From assembly GCA_020137815.1 (NCBI GenBank), contig CM035353.1, forward strand, positions 372,001-436,000: a DNA stretch of 64,000 nucleotides. Reading direction: 5' to 3'. The stretch is from Hormiphora californensis. Taxonomy: Eukaryota; Animalia; Ctenophora. The notes beneath the pieces were generated by a model that did no database searches, was not told the origin of the DNA, and worked only from the letters and a program-made list of their open reading frames with translations. Of this stretch, positions 38,901-50,520 are shown one piece after another; position 1 is the first letter of the stretch; the number at the start of each line of letters is the position of its first letter. Both the position numbers and the translations under genes were made by a program.

Positions 38901-39393
38901 CCCTAAAATCAGGTACATCATTACAGTTGTTCAGCGTGTTGGAAACTGTTAGTTGAATTATAGGATCAACACTGGGGTTGTGCGTATCAATAGTATATGG
39001 GTTAAATCGGAGGGTCGGTGTCATAGGTGTCATAGGTTTGGGTTCACAATTATAACAAATGTTATTACTAGAACAATTACTATGAGCTACCAGATTACAA
39101 GTGGAACAATTAACCCTGTGATCCCTACTGCTTAGTAACTTAGAACAGAATACACATGTAACCATAGATTGAACTGGGTCAGCACATAAACTAATGTATA
39201 ATGGAAATATAGTCACACAGCAAGTAGGGCAGAACCAATCAGGTGTTAGGTTGATTTCTTTACACGTGTCAATGTTTAATTTTAAGCATTTCCCATGTTT
39301 AACTTTATTACACAAATAGCAAGTCACAATATAATCATGACTATATATTTTCTTTCCACATTCTCCACACTCACTCCTTTGGGAGGAGGCCAT
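35930..39393 (-). CDS. LINE ORF2 (PHD fingers, AP endonuclease, reverse transcriptase) with one frameshift near 37975
   Basis: FCETNL, TGDFN, TLIDQTW, STH; NYRPISLL, QYGFRK, LDLSKAFD, GVPQGSTLGP, FADD, KFLGV; the frames 37873-39393 and 35930-37921 join at ...IFKPWVSPSLAKAC. Confidence 0.93.
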
Positions 39394-39524
39394 ATATATA
39401 AATATATAAAGTATGGTGTATTATGCACAATTAAACAGGGAGGAACAAGATATGGAGGGGGCAATACAGGATAGTGGAGAAGAGACTAGGAACAAAGATA
39501 TTAACTGTAACAGGGGAGTGATAA

Positions 39525-40226
39525 TCAATCACATATCTCACTGAATTTGTTTAGGAAATCTGTGAAGCAGAATATCTTTGTTGCCAGTCTCTCCTTGCTC
39601 CTATCCTTATTGAACGTTTTTATTACAAGACCTGAAGAAGGAGACCTGTAATGAATGAACCGAATAGCTAAACCCTTGTCCTTGCAGTGTTCACTCATTC
39701 TTTTTCTTAGATCAATAAAGTAGGGACAGAGGGATTGAGTGACCTTCACTTTACTAGTAGTCTTACTCTTAGAAAGTGATTTAGGAACAGACCGAAGAAG
39801 CCGATCTTTCTTATTATAGTTGTATAGCCTGATTGTGATGGAGGGAGGAGGAGCGGACTTAGAATCAGACTTCCCATTGCGGTGGATAGCCTGAATATCC
39901 TCAGGTGTAACCACTTCACCTGGTTCACTAAGGATATTACAGACAGATGCAGTGAGAGAAGTCTCAGACTCATTATCAGTAACGGGAAGGTTGGTCATGA
40001 CAAGGGTAGACCTGCGTTGATACTGTTCCGAGGACGCTAATCTAGACTCTAAAATAGACAACCTTGTGAGTAGAGCCTTGAACGCAGCCTGAACAGGTGC
40101 ATCACAACCCTCAACAAGAGTTAAGATAGCGTCTGGGTCAGTAGACTCAACTACAGAATCATGGGTATCATTGGTATCCTGGGATCTGGTCTTAGGACCC
40201 AAGTTAGCACCCCTTCTATTAGACAT
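39525..40226 (-). CDS. LINE ORF1 (coiled coil + RRM-like)
   Basis: LESRLASSEQYQRRSTLVMTNLP...IQAIHR...ITIRL...VTQSLCP, directly upstream of ORF2. Confidence 0.85.
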   Translation of the reverse strand: MSNRRGANLGPKTRSQDTNDTHDSVVESTDPDAILTLVEGCDAPVQAAFKALLTRLSILESRLASSEQYQRRSTLVMTNLPVTDNESETSLTASVCNILSEPGEVVTPEDIQAIHRNGKSDSKSAPPPSITIRLYNYNKKDRLLRSVPKSLSKSKTTSKVKVTQSLCPYFIDLRKRMSEHCKDKGLAIRFIHYRSPSSGLVIKTFNKDRSKERLATKIFCFTDFLNKFSEICD

Positions 40227-40364
40227 AATTATGCAAATACACCTAGAAAATCAAGTAAAAATATTGAAAATTCTAGAATTTAGGATCGATTGATCGGATG
40301 ATTGGATAGATAAGGAGCGCTCTGGAGGAAGAGGGACTTATCAGTAAATGCAAATGACGGAGAT

Positions 40365-40541
<177 letters not shown>

Positions 40542-42198
40542 GACAGAGAGAGAAAGAGTGTTTGTACTAATGGTAATTGTTACCTAGCAACTAACAGACA
40601 CAACATACCGTGGCGGGATCCTGGACAGCTGGCAGAGGGGAGGGCCAAGTAGCAAGACCGTGGGGTGTCATGATGCTCGGTGACAGCACAGACAGGCCTG
40701 ATCTCATGGCAAGCATATCTGAAACGGTTTGACACTGTTCAGGGTGGCCTCCGTAATTGAAATTCAGAGTGCCAACGCGCGTGGAGCTGATGCTGACAAC
40801 TGACGCGCGCACACTTTATACAGGCGATCTACCCACGCGGGTCTGCCGTGTGATGTTGGGGGGCGCTACTCAGCTGTGTAGAAAGGCACGTACATTGAAT
40901 ATTATGCACATAGATATCACACACACACACATAAACATAAACATCTTTCCAGCTGCTGTCGCGTCGGGAACACCAAAAATTTAATGCAGATACCAACAAA
41001 TTACAGGTCGGGGAATTTAAACCCGTCCGGTAAATCGAGGTTTGACCGTACCCACAAATAACTTCAATTATTGAGAAATACAAATCATGACAAACTCAAT
41101 TACCTGATATGGAAGGGGCGGCAGGAGAGGGATATTCTCGGGGGACTACCGGCCGGTATCTAACTGACATGGGTAATTGAGATTTCCACGGTAGCAGTTT
41201 GTTACTTTCTGGGTTGGTTTCAAGCTGGGTAGTGGTGAGGTGCCAGAACTCTGGTGCTGAGAGGGGGGATCGTGTTATTTGTTTAAAGTTTACATACTCA
41301 CTGACTTAGTATCAGGGGGGATTATAATCGTGTTATAGTTTACTGACTTGTTGTATGGTATGAGTTCATTCAGGAATATATGATATCTACAACTAGTAAC
41401 ACATCATAGTATCTGCAACTCATCAAAACCACAACTGCAACTTTATCAACAACACAATGTGTTCTGGCACCTCACTAATACATATATTGAATAAACTATA
41501 TGACATATACAGTCGGACCCCGATTTACCGGGCCCCGATTTACCGGTCAAAACCCTATCCCCAAGCATCCCGGTAAATCGGGGTCCGACTGTATATGTCA
41601 TATAGTTTATTCAATATATTATAGTACCTCTGAATTGATTCTGAAGGGGCAGATGATGGGAGTCGACTGTGCTGAGTCGGCTGGTTGCCGAGATACATGG
41701 TCGGGAGAGCGAGCGTGTCCAGAGCATGCCGCCACGCAGCTAGGTAATTGGAAGAATTAGAGGGATATAAAACACACGCAGCTAGGTGGTACATAGAGAT
41801 TGGGGTAGAAGAAGGTAAGGTAGGGAAAGACACACATGTACACATCCCAAACATCGGATAATGACAGGGTAGGTAGGTATAATAGTGGTCGATAGGAAAC
41901 ACAATTTGTAGTAGCTAACTCTATGTACATCAAATACAATATATTTCACATGACAGTATATGTACAATATATTACACTCTTCTCATAGACACTCATTTCT
42001 TCACATGCAACTGGTGATGAGCTAATCCTTGTATTTAAAAAAATAATCTCATGCCATGTTAATCAGTGCGTCTTCCGTTTCTGAACAAAATATTGGCAAC
42101 TCTTCAAAGACAAAGTTCACATTCCAATAAAGGGTGGGCCACGAATAACATTGTTCAGTGGTTAGCGAGGAGTATAACAGCTCTTGCCACTGATTCAT

Positions 42199-43536
42199 TC
42201 ACCCGTTCCCATCCATTCTAAGTTGATTAGCAAGAGCTTGAGCCACAATACCATCCAGCATATAATCCTCATTGGGTACTAAAGACCTAGATAACACTGA
42301 CGCGAGTATAACATTATCCAGATCAACACCCACCCTGCTGGACCTACTACCTTGTGCAGATTGTTGTTGTTCGTCCTCACCTTGTTCCTCTCTAACCACC
42401 TCAGCGACAAGCACTGATGTAGTCTCATACACCAGCTGGTTGTATACTCTCTCACATTGTATTTCCATAATGTAACCCTTCAGAAACTCGTTAACAACGT
42501 CCCGTAACTCATGTGCAATTAACTCGTCAATAGTCAGCTGTAATGTCCCCTCTTGCTGGTTCTCCGCTCGCTGCTGCGTGTATACAGATACCATCTCGCC
42601 TAGGACAAGACCGGCGGTGGAGCGGAGTAGACTATACATGGCTTCCTCCATCAGTTCATCACCACATTCCTCAACCAGTTGTTCGGTCAAAGAGGGCAGT
42701 TTAACATCTCTCACACCGTACAACAGGACCTCGACCAACAGATCCGGCAGCAATTCCTCAGTGAGGAGATCGTCGATAAGTTTGTCAAGATAGTCCGCGT
42801 AGAACTTTTCTCTGATCTTCACTCCCTGTTGTTGTACAATCGGTGGAATGACACTGAATTTCTGGGAATCACGAAGGGCTCTTGTTGACATTGTATCTAA
42901 CAGATCACTATCGCTGTATGGCCGTGACGGGGCCGGCGAGTATTTACAGTCCCTTACAAAATGTTCTCTTTTCATCGGTTCCGCCGGTTGCATATGGTAT
43001 TGCACGGGCGGGGGTTGTCGGTAGTGCGGATACGGGTAGGGTTGAGCAGGGGGAGGGTAGGGTTGATAGTATGGGGGTGCGGCCGCCACTGGGGGCGGAT
43101 ACCCCGGATAGTAACTGTATTGAAACTGCGGCTGGAATCCGGGAAATTGTTGTAACGGATATTGTTGAGACCAGGCTGGGACCATCTGTTGTTGCTGCTG
43201 TGCAGCGTTGTTAAGGGTACTCAATTTCAGCAAATCAAGCTCATCAGTTTTCTTCCTTCTACCCCGGATATCCCCCCGTGCCCGTCTAGTATGGTGCCTC
43301 TCATCTTCCTCTGAGTCATTCTGCTGGTCGTTAATACTCCCCTGGCTGTATAACCGACGGCGTCGCTGAGGCTTTGCTTCAATACCATCGTGACTTCGAA
43401 CTGGATACAAGTGAGGTTGGGAGTTACGGGTTTTGGAGAGATGCTCAATTTGTCGGGCTTTGGCTTTAGCTCGTTGGTACGCTTTGATGGCTTCATCCAG
43501 CGTGGGAGGGGCATATCCGTAGCCTTGGCTCATCAC
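42199..43536 (-). CDS. uncharacterised 445-aa intronless protein (Q/P/Y-rich middle, acidic helical C-terminus)
   Basis: long ORF with plausible composition; a splice acceptor (ttccaacag) lies ~10 nt upstream of the ATG. Confidence 0.75.
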   Translation of the reverse strand: MMSQGYGYAPPTLDEAIKAYQRAKAKARQIEHLSKTRNSQPHLYPVRSHDGIEAKPQRRRRLYSQGSINDQQNDSEEDERHHTRRARGDIRGRRKKTDELDLLKLSTLNNAAQQQQQMVPAWSQQYPLQQFPGFQPQFQYSYYPGYPPPVAAAPPYYQPYPPPAQPYPYPHYRQPPPVQYHMQPAEPMKREHFVRDCKYSPAPSRPYSDSDLLDTMSTRALRDSQKFSVIPPIVQQQGVKIREKFYADYLDKLIDDLLTEELLPDLLVEVLLYGVRDVKLPSLTEQLVEECGDELMEEAMYSLLRSTAGLVLGEMVSVYTQQRAENQQEGTLQLTIDELIAHELRDVVNEFLKGYIMEIQCERVYNQLVYETTSVLVAEVVREEQGEDEQQQSAQGSRSSRVGVDLDNVILASVLSRSLVPNEDYMLDGIVAQALANQLRMDGNG

Positions 43537-43591
43537 TAGAGACCTGTTGGAACAGTTAAACGATTAGAAAATCCAGTTAACAGTTTAAATA

Positions 43592-44575
43592 TTGCTAGGA
43601 TACAGTAACCCAGAGGCAGTGAGATATGGAACTGGTCCTCCACCAAAGTCTACCTGGGATCGTTTGGAGGTTCCGTCTACGAGAAAGCTTAATACGCTGT
43701 CGAAGAAAAGGCTTTTAGATTTTACTAAGAGGGCGTGTGGTATTTTGCTTGAACAGACATTTCCACTGATTCAAAAGTTGTGTGACAAGGGTTCTGAAAG
43801 TATGATGGTGAGAGAGTGCGAAAAGGAGCTCAGAGAACATGGAAAGGAGCTAATTACAGCTCAACGAGACCTCGTAGCAGCACAAGAGGAACTACTCAAT
43901 ATCCAGAGGCAGTTGCTTGAGAAGAGGGAGGTTGAGATTACAGCTGTGCAATCAACGGCACAGCAAGAAATAAAGAGCTTCTCATCCGTTTTGGAGAAAG
44001 AATTGCCTAGGATCTGGCGCCAAAGAAGATTCAATCAGCTATTGTGGCAGCCTCTGAGGACCGTGGTTGTAACATCATCATCCATGGCCTGGAAGAGTCA
44101 ACAAATAGTAGCGTGGAGCTTGAAACTCAAGTTGAGTCTCTTCTTGTTGAGCTAGAAGAGTCTCAGAATGTGAAATCAGTGGAGCGCTTGGGAAGGCAGT
44201 CTTAAACTGTCAGACCAGTGAAAGTCGTACTGAAGAGCAGGGACGCTCAGATGTCGATCCTATCGAAAAAATTCCGACTAAAAAGGACCGGCAAGTTCGA
44301 TAAAGTCTATATTTCGCCTGACAGGACTTTGGAGGAACGAAATGAAAGAAGACAGCTCGTTGATCGACTGAAGGAAATGGTGCAAAGGTCTCCTGGAAAA
44401 CATTACTTCATTCGTGGGAAAGAGGTGGTGGAAGCACCAGGGACCGCTGAGAATTGAAATTAATTTTGTTGAGTTTAGAAATTAGAAGTGATGAGCGAGG
44501 AAAGGACAGTTGAGTTGAAAGGTGGTCATTTGTTTGATAGCCTCAATTATTTTTCAAGTTTCAAGTTTCAAGTTT
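43592..44575 (+). pseudogene. degraded ORF1-only LINE derivative
   Basis: frameshifted and stop-containing homolog of the 51732 ORF (KREVEITAVQSTAQQEIKSFSSVLEK; YISPDRTLEER); (tttcaag)n tail ~100 bp after the stop. Confidence 0.8.
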
Positions 44576-45335
44576 TAGGAAAACTTTTTAAATTCCGGCA
44601 TCTGGGTTTTAATTTTTAAATCCGAATGCCCGTCACGGGTGAAACTTTCAGCCGTGACGGGCATTCGGATTTACCGTGAAAGTGTCGCTGATACCCACTT
44701 TTGGCATCACTTTTCATTGACGCAACTCACAAAATTGGCACATGGGTCACGGCATTAACAACACACGGCACACCCGTCACCCAGGTTTTAAAAGTTTATC
44801 AAGACGACACCGGGGTTTGGCAAACGTTGCTGGCCCCCGATAGGGATCCCTAATAAAGTTGTGACTTGTCACCAAACATGTGGTTCCCGTGGCGGCGCGG
44901 CTTCAAAATGCGCGATTGTAACTTGTCACCGCATGGTTTACGCCGCGCCGCAGCTACGCGCAGTGGGAACCACGTGCGTTTTGGTACGCACACACGCGGT
45001 GACAAGTCACAACCGCGCCTCCGCAAGACTACAGTGACAAGTCACAACTTTATTAGGGATCCCTATAGGGATAAGGCAGCGCTTTTCAACACCGGGGTCT
45101 CAGATAATTTAAAAGTTTGACGGTTTCTGAAAAATTCTGATCTGGGATTTTCTTCAATAAATAATAACGCGCGCGTAAGCGCGGCGTAAATTTTGGTTTT
45201 GCGCGCGAGACAAGGCATCAAGATTTTTTCATCGCGCGTTTAAAAAAGTTTAAATTTTGACAAGCTCTACGGTGGCAGATTCCGGCCAAGAGTTTTTTTC
45301 AATCAAGTGAAATATTTTTGTTTGAAGTTTTATAA

Positions 45336-46060
45336 TCCATATAATAATTTCCAAAATGTTAGTCCGATAATTGTTTTCTCCCTACTCCTCCTACAGTTTT
45401 TGAGCTAGACCCCTGAAAATTTGTACACTGGTACTTTGGACCAAGGCGGGTGTAAGTACGGGCTCAGATTTTTGATCCGATCTTTACAACAGTGACGTCA
45501 CGGGGTGACGTCATTGCGCCAAAAATACTTACATTTTTCAAACGCTTCTAAGACCCTGAAAACGGCTCTAAATCAAAAAACTAACGCAATAGTGGGGAAA
45601 GAGAATCGTTTGAACTTCATTTTACATGATAACGATTTCCCGTAACTCAATGTTTAAGGGTCGTAAATCGCGTCGGGAAAGTTAAAAATACCAAAAATAC
45701 GATATTTTTCACCGTAGCCACCCAAAATCTTATCCAATCGATATGAAACTTGGTCGTTATGTGAACTTTAATGTCCTTTGGCCAGGGGTTCCCGGAAAAC
45801 GGATTGGCAAGATGAGAACTGACCGGAGTTCTTATAATTCTAAATTCACGAATTTGGAATTTTTCGTCGACTTTTTTTGGCGACATAAAACGCGAGGAAA
45901 TTTTCAATGAATTTTAAAATTTTACACTGCGCGCGTAATTCTAGGTTCCGCGCGCGGCGTAAAAAAGCAGCGCTTTTTTGGAAAAATTCGCGCGTTACAG
46001 TAAATGATTTACCAATTACCATTTACCAGGTCACGGGTTCCCAGCAAACGGGTACTCTAG
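45336..46060 (+). mobile_element. probable non-autonomous Helitron
   Basis: 5' TC start, 3' ccc..ggg hairpin then CTAG, positioned between A and T. Confidence 0.55.
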
Positions 46061-46840
46061 TAATAATAATAACTAAGTTTATATTCCGCCCATATCCGAC
46101 AGGGACAGAGCAGCGAAACTGCTGCTGTCACTGAAGGATGATCTGAACGGTTAATATACTGGTAAGACCTCGCCAACTTATCCCTAATAGAACAAAAAAT
46201 AATAAAGAAAAATTACACCGGCTCACATTACTATCGGCTCACATAACTATCGGTGACTGATTACATAACAGACTGAGTTAGAGTCCTGGAACTCTAAAAA
46301 TTGATATAAAAGTCCGTATATTGGGACACAGAAAAACACTCGTGCTATGAAAAACCCCAATCTATGCTTCACACTTCTGCTCGCCACGAGCTTAAATACA
46401 GAAAAATAATTAAAAACGGGTACCAGCTAGAGCACATACCTCAGCAAGAAGGAGAGTGTTAAGAGGACAGTCCAGTCTCACCAAAAGCCTCAGTGAAAAG
46501 ACTAGTCTTGAGCTTAGACTTGAAAGATTCCACAGACTCAACAGCTCTCAGATCAAGTGGAAGCCTATTCCAGACTTCAGGCAGGTAAACCGACGGACGT
46601 CTTCTTCTCAACTTGGAAGTCGCGTTGACACTTGATAGCTTAGGGTACTTCAGCTTGAGGCCATCAGGCCAAGCATTTCCTCTAGTAGCCCGGATCACAT
46701 GAAGTCCATCATCAACAGGGACCTGATCTTGCAGGTAGTCAGGGGCCAATCCATGTACAATCTTGTACGCCATAAGGCATGCTTTGAACGTGACTCGTTG
46801 TTCCACAGGAAGAACATGCAATTCTTTCAAGTATGGCAAA
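46061..46840 (-). mobile_element. 3' fragment of an L2-type LINE
   Basis: LPYLKELHVLPVEQRVTFK...APDYL...WNRLP...FKSKLKTSLF, then 3' UTR and (TTA)n tail. Confidence 0.85.
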
Positions 46841-46859
46841 CTTTTCAACACTACTTTAA

Positions 46860-48828
46860 ACAAATTAATTTGAGGAGCGGCAACCCCCTCCTCAACCCTT
46901 GTAGACGCAGCCAAATGACCGATGACCTGACCGTCAAAGATGTACTGGCGGAGCTGAAAAATGCTGTCGGAGCGAAGGGGAAGGTAGTGATTGAGGCCTA
47001 CGACTACCATGCCGATCATACCGTTAATGTGGACTCCATTGCAAGTAAGAAGGTGGAGGAACTGGGTCCGGTCTGTAAGGCTCTAAACGTGTTACTTGTC
47101 GGGCGGGATGGGAAAAGCCGAGAAATGACGGAGTTGGCGGATAAGATCGTCCTACGTATTGAGGGGTTGTTTCCTATCGGCTGTCAAGATTGTGGTGAAA
47201 ATTACAGGGTTAAACTTGGTACCACACCCCCTTCATCTTGTTTTCTTTGCGGACAAGGGGCCCACTCATGCAAGCAGTCAATTAAGGGGAACCGTAAAGG
47301 CTCAGTGTGGGTTTGCTCGTATTGCTGGGAGAAAAATGAGCCTAACACCGACATCACTGTTGTTGAAACGCCAGAGATAAAGCCCGATGATGAGAAAAAG
47401 GACGAACCAGAGGATGATGGAAAAACTCTGGAACTGACCCCAGAGAACGTGTGTAAGCACTTTCTCAACCGGAAGTGCCGCTATGGGCGAAATGGAACCA
47501 AGGAAGTAGAGGGGAGGTCATGTCCGAAACTCCACCCGAGACTCTGCAAGAGGTTTTGTAACTATGGGGCATCGAAACGCTTTGGATGCGTGAAAGGTGG
47601 TTCGTGTAAGTTCTACCACCCTCCCCTATGCAAGGGATCTGAGGTGAGACGGGAGTGCTATGATAAAATGTGCACACTGAATCACCTTCTACATACAAAA
47701 CGGGATCGTATAGAAGGGCGAGGAGAAGATCGACCGGTCCTGGACAGGACCAGGAAAGCACACTCCCAGGCAGCTGGAGACCGGGCGGAAGATTTTAACT
47801 CAAAACGCCCAAAGCAAGCTCCAGGAAACAGGAACAAGAATTCGGCTGAAAAGTTCTCTCAGCCAGACGAGAGGGTGACCCATGATTTTTTGGAGATGAA
47901 ACTGGAAGTTCTGAAAGCCGAGATACAACAGTCGGTGATGACCCAGTTTTTGGACTTAAAGTCGTTTCTGCAGCGGCAGTACGGAGCAGGGGAGAAACCC
48001 CACAATCCTTGGGGACTAGCAGGAACCCAGCCCCTGTATCAAACTTTCGCCTATTAAATGCTAGGAGTTTCTGTCCATCAGCTGAAAGTACCTGGAAGTT
48101 AGAGGTAGTGCGTGATATGGTGGACGAGGACGCCACACCAGTGGCATTTTTGGGGATCACCGAGACCTGGTGGCGGTGTTATATGACTGAGGCCCAGGTA
48201 CAAATCCCCGAGTACAACCTTGCTAGGTGTGACAGGCAGGGTAGAGTTGGAGGAGGTTGTGTACTGGGAGCGGTTGGAGACTCTGAAAATCATGTCCCTT
48301 CAGAGGCGACGCCAGAGGTACGAGCTTATACATGTCTGGAAAATCTATCATGGACTAGTACCTAACTGTGTAGGAATGGAATTCCAGACAGGCCGCTTGG
48401 GGATACAGGTCAAAACGCAGAAGTATCCTTATTGGGCTGATAGGAGGCGAGCTACCCAGCTGTTCAACTCGTTCAGTTACAGGGCTCCTCAGTTGTGGAA
48501 TAAACTGCCCCGAGAGGTGACCCTTTGTGAAACATTGGCAGGGTTTAAGGCTAGCCTGGGTTCTTTCATGAAGGAGTACAAGGACAGGCCTCCAGTGAGA
48601 GGGTACCCCACGGTCCCGAATGACTTCAGTCAGGCGGCGAAATCTTAGCTGTGTGTGATTTTGCTGTGTGTGATTTTGCTGTGTGTGATTTTGCTGATGA
48701 CTGACCACATGACGGGGCGATTCGTTTTTAAATATTTTGAGTTAAGACTTGACAAGGAGGACCCACTCGCTGGGAAATCCGCACGCGTTTAGATTGTGTA
48801 AATTTAATTTGATTTGATTTGATTTGAT
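46860..48828 (+). mobile_element. CR1-type LINE with intact ORF1 and internally deleted ORF2
   Basis: ORF1 followed by APE start (LLNARS, ITETWW, RCDRQGRVGGG) fused to ORF2 C-terminus (YWERL..L...SLQRRR...LWNKLP); (tttga)n tail. Confidence 0.88.
46915..48057 (+). CDS. LINE ORF1 with PHD-like and CCCH zinc fingers
   Basis: CFLCGQGAH...WVCSYC; CKHFLNRKCRYG...CPKLHP.LC..F....GC.KG..CKFYHP.LC; first in-element ATG at 46915. Confidence 0.85.
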   Translation: MTDDLTVKDVLAELKNAVGAKGKVVIEAYDYHADHTVNVDSIASKKVEELGPVCKALNVLLVGRDGKSREMTELADKIVLRIEGLFPIGCQDCGENYRVKLGTTPPSSCFLCGQGAHSCKQSIKGNRKGSVWVCSYCWEKNEPNTDITVVETPEIKPDDEKKDEPEDDGKTLELTPENVCKHFLNRKCRYGRNGTKEVEGRSCPKLHPRLCKRFCNYGASKRFGCVKGGSCKFYHPPLCKGSEVRRECYDKMCTLNHLLHTKRDRIEGRGEDRPVLDRTRKAHSQAAGDRAEDFNSKRPKQAPGNRNKNSAEKFSQPDERVTHDFLEMKLEVLKAEIQQSVMTQFLDLKSFLQRQYGAGEKPHNPWGLAGTQPLYQTFAY

Positions 48829-49879
48829 GTAGGTGTCTTGGTGACCGTGTAGTTTTATAAAAATTTTATTTCAAAAAAAAAAACATGTCGTTAAAATTAT
48901 TGGCCGGAATCTGCCACGCGAGTGGCAGATCTCGGCCAAGATTCTAAAAAAACCTTGGCCAGAATCTGCCACACACGTGGCAGATTCCGGCCAACAAACT
49001 GAAACTTACTTAGATCAAGGCGAAAACCGTTGTACCCGACTAATTTTGATACGCTGAATCACGTAAGCAACTTTTTCAATCCCTCAGAGGTCGGGAAAGT
49101 GTCCTAATTGAGCATAATAGGGTCTAATTGACCCCACTTACAACTTTTCACCTGGAAACGATAAACGCTTATGTGAAGGTACTTTTCCGACTAATTTTGA
49201 TACGCTGAATCACGTAAGCAACTTTTCCAAGCTCTCCGAGTTCGGGAATTTGCCTTAATTGAGTATAATTGGGTCTAATTGGCCTTAATTGCTCAATTAG
49301 GGCACTTTCCCGACCTCGTCGGGCTTTGAAAAATAGCTTACGGGATTTAGCGTATCAAAATTAGTCGGAAAAGTACCTTCACATAAGCGTCTATCGTTTC
49401 CAGGTGAAAAGTTGTAAGTGGGGTCAATTAGACCCTATTATGCTCAATTAGGACACTTTCCCGACCTCTGAGGGATTGGAAAAGTTGCTTACGTGATTCA
49501 GCGTATCAAAATTAGTCGGGTATAGCGGTTTTCGCCTTGATATAAGTAAGTTTCAGTTTGTTGGCCGGAATCTGCCACGTGTGTGGCAGATTCTGGCCAA
49601 GGTTTTTTTAGAATCTTGGCCGATATCTGCCACTCGCGTGGCAGATTCCGGCCAATAATTTTAACGACATGTTTATTTTTATTTTGAAATAAAGTTTTTA
49701 TAAAACTTCAAACAAAAATATTTCACTTGATTGAAAAAACTCTTGGCCGGAATCTGCCACCGTAAAGCTCAGATTTTGTTTGGAATGCGCTGCAGCCCCC
49801 TCATGCGCGCACCCCCCTTATATTATATTATAAGGGGCCTGCAACGTATGCCAAAGATTTTGTTGGAGTTTGTTTCTTT

Positions 49880-50520
49880 CTCGGATCTTCCTTCCAAATG
49901 TGGATGTAGGGCTGACAATAATGCAGACCATGCCCTAATCTGCAAGGTTGGTGGGTTCGATATTTGGAGACACGATCATCTGAGGGACACCATGGCCGAG
50001 TTGTTCAGGTATGCAGGATTGAAACCGGTGAATACAGAACAGCTGCTTCTACCGTGTGAAGGACATACATTTCCTGTCAGTGCCAACACCAGGGACGATG
50101 CCCGAATGGACATAGTATGCCGAGGTCTATGGCGGGATATGGAGGCATCCTACCTCGATGTGCGGGTGTTTCACCCTAATGCTCCCTCCTACCAGAAAAC
50201 ATCAATCGCTCAGCTACACAGAACTCACCAGAACCAGAAGAAAATGGCCTATTTGAGGAGGGTTCTAAACGTAGAGCAGGGTAGCTTCACTCCTCTTGTG
50301 TTTGCTACTTCAGGAGGCTTCGCACCAGAGGTTAAACGAGTTCTGGAATGCGTTGGACACAAAATCTGCTCCAAGCACCAAGAAGGACTCATAAACATTC
50401 ATAAACATTCATCAGATTTAGCCTGTTGAGATCAACCTTAGTAGCATTGAGGGGCACTAAGAGGCGATGTATACCATTTATGCCGAGCGAAGTTGATTTC
50501 AGAGTGACGTAATTTATTCT
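49880..50520 (+). mobile_element. 5'-truncated CRE-clade non-LTR retrotransposon (restriction-like endonuclease end)
   Basis: CGC...DHALICKVGG...RHDHLRD...ARMDI..RGLW.....YLDVRVFHPNAPS...KK...VEQGSFTPLVFATSGG. Confidence 0.85.

Larger units (their letters stand above)
35171..40335 (-). mobile_element. near full-length CR1/L2-group LINE
   Basis: ORF1 + ORF2 (PHD-APE-RT); long 3' UTR ending in a (CAAC)n tail; flanked by (AG)n tracts; ends approximate. Confidence 0.9.
45270..49762. mobile_element. foldback TA-TSD MITE whose left arm is interrupted by nested insertions
   Basis: TIR cggtggcagattccggccaag with TA flanks; 48851-49705 is a long palindrome centred near 49280; agttttataa duplicated at 45326-45335 and 48851-48860. 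Confidence 0.8.

Noticed and set aside
46699-46914. N-terminal extension of the 452-aa ORF
   Set aside because: Mostly overlaps the antisense L2 fragment; the ORF1 start is more likely the ATG at 46915.
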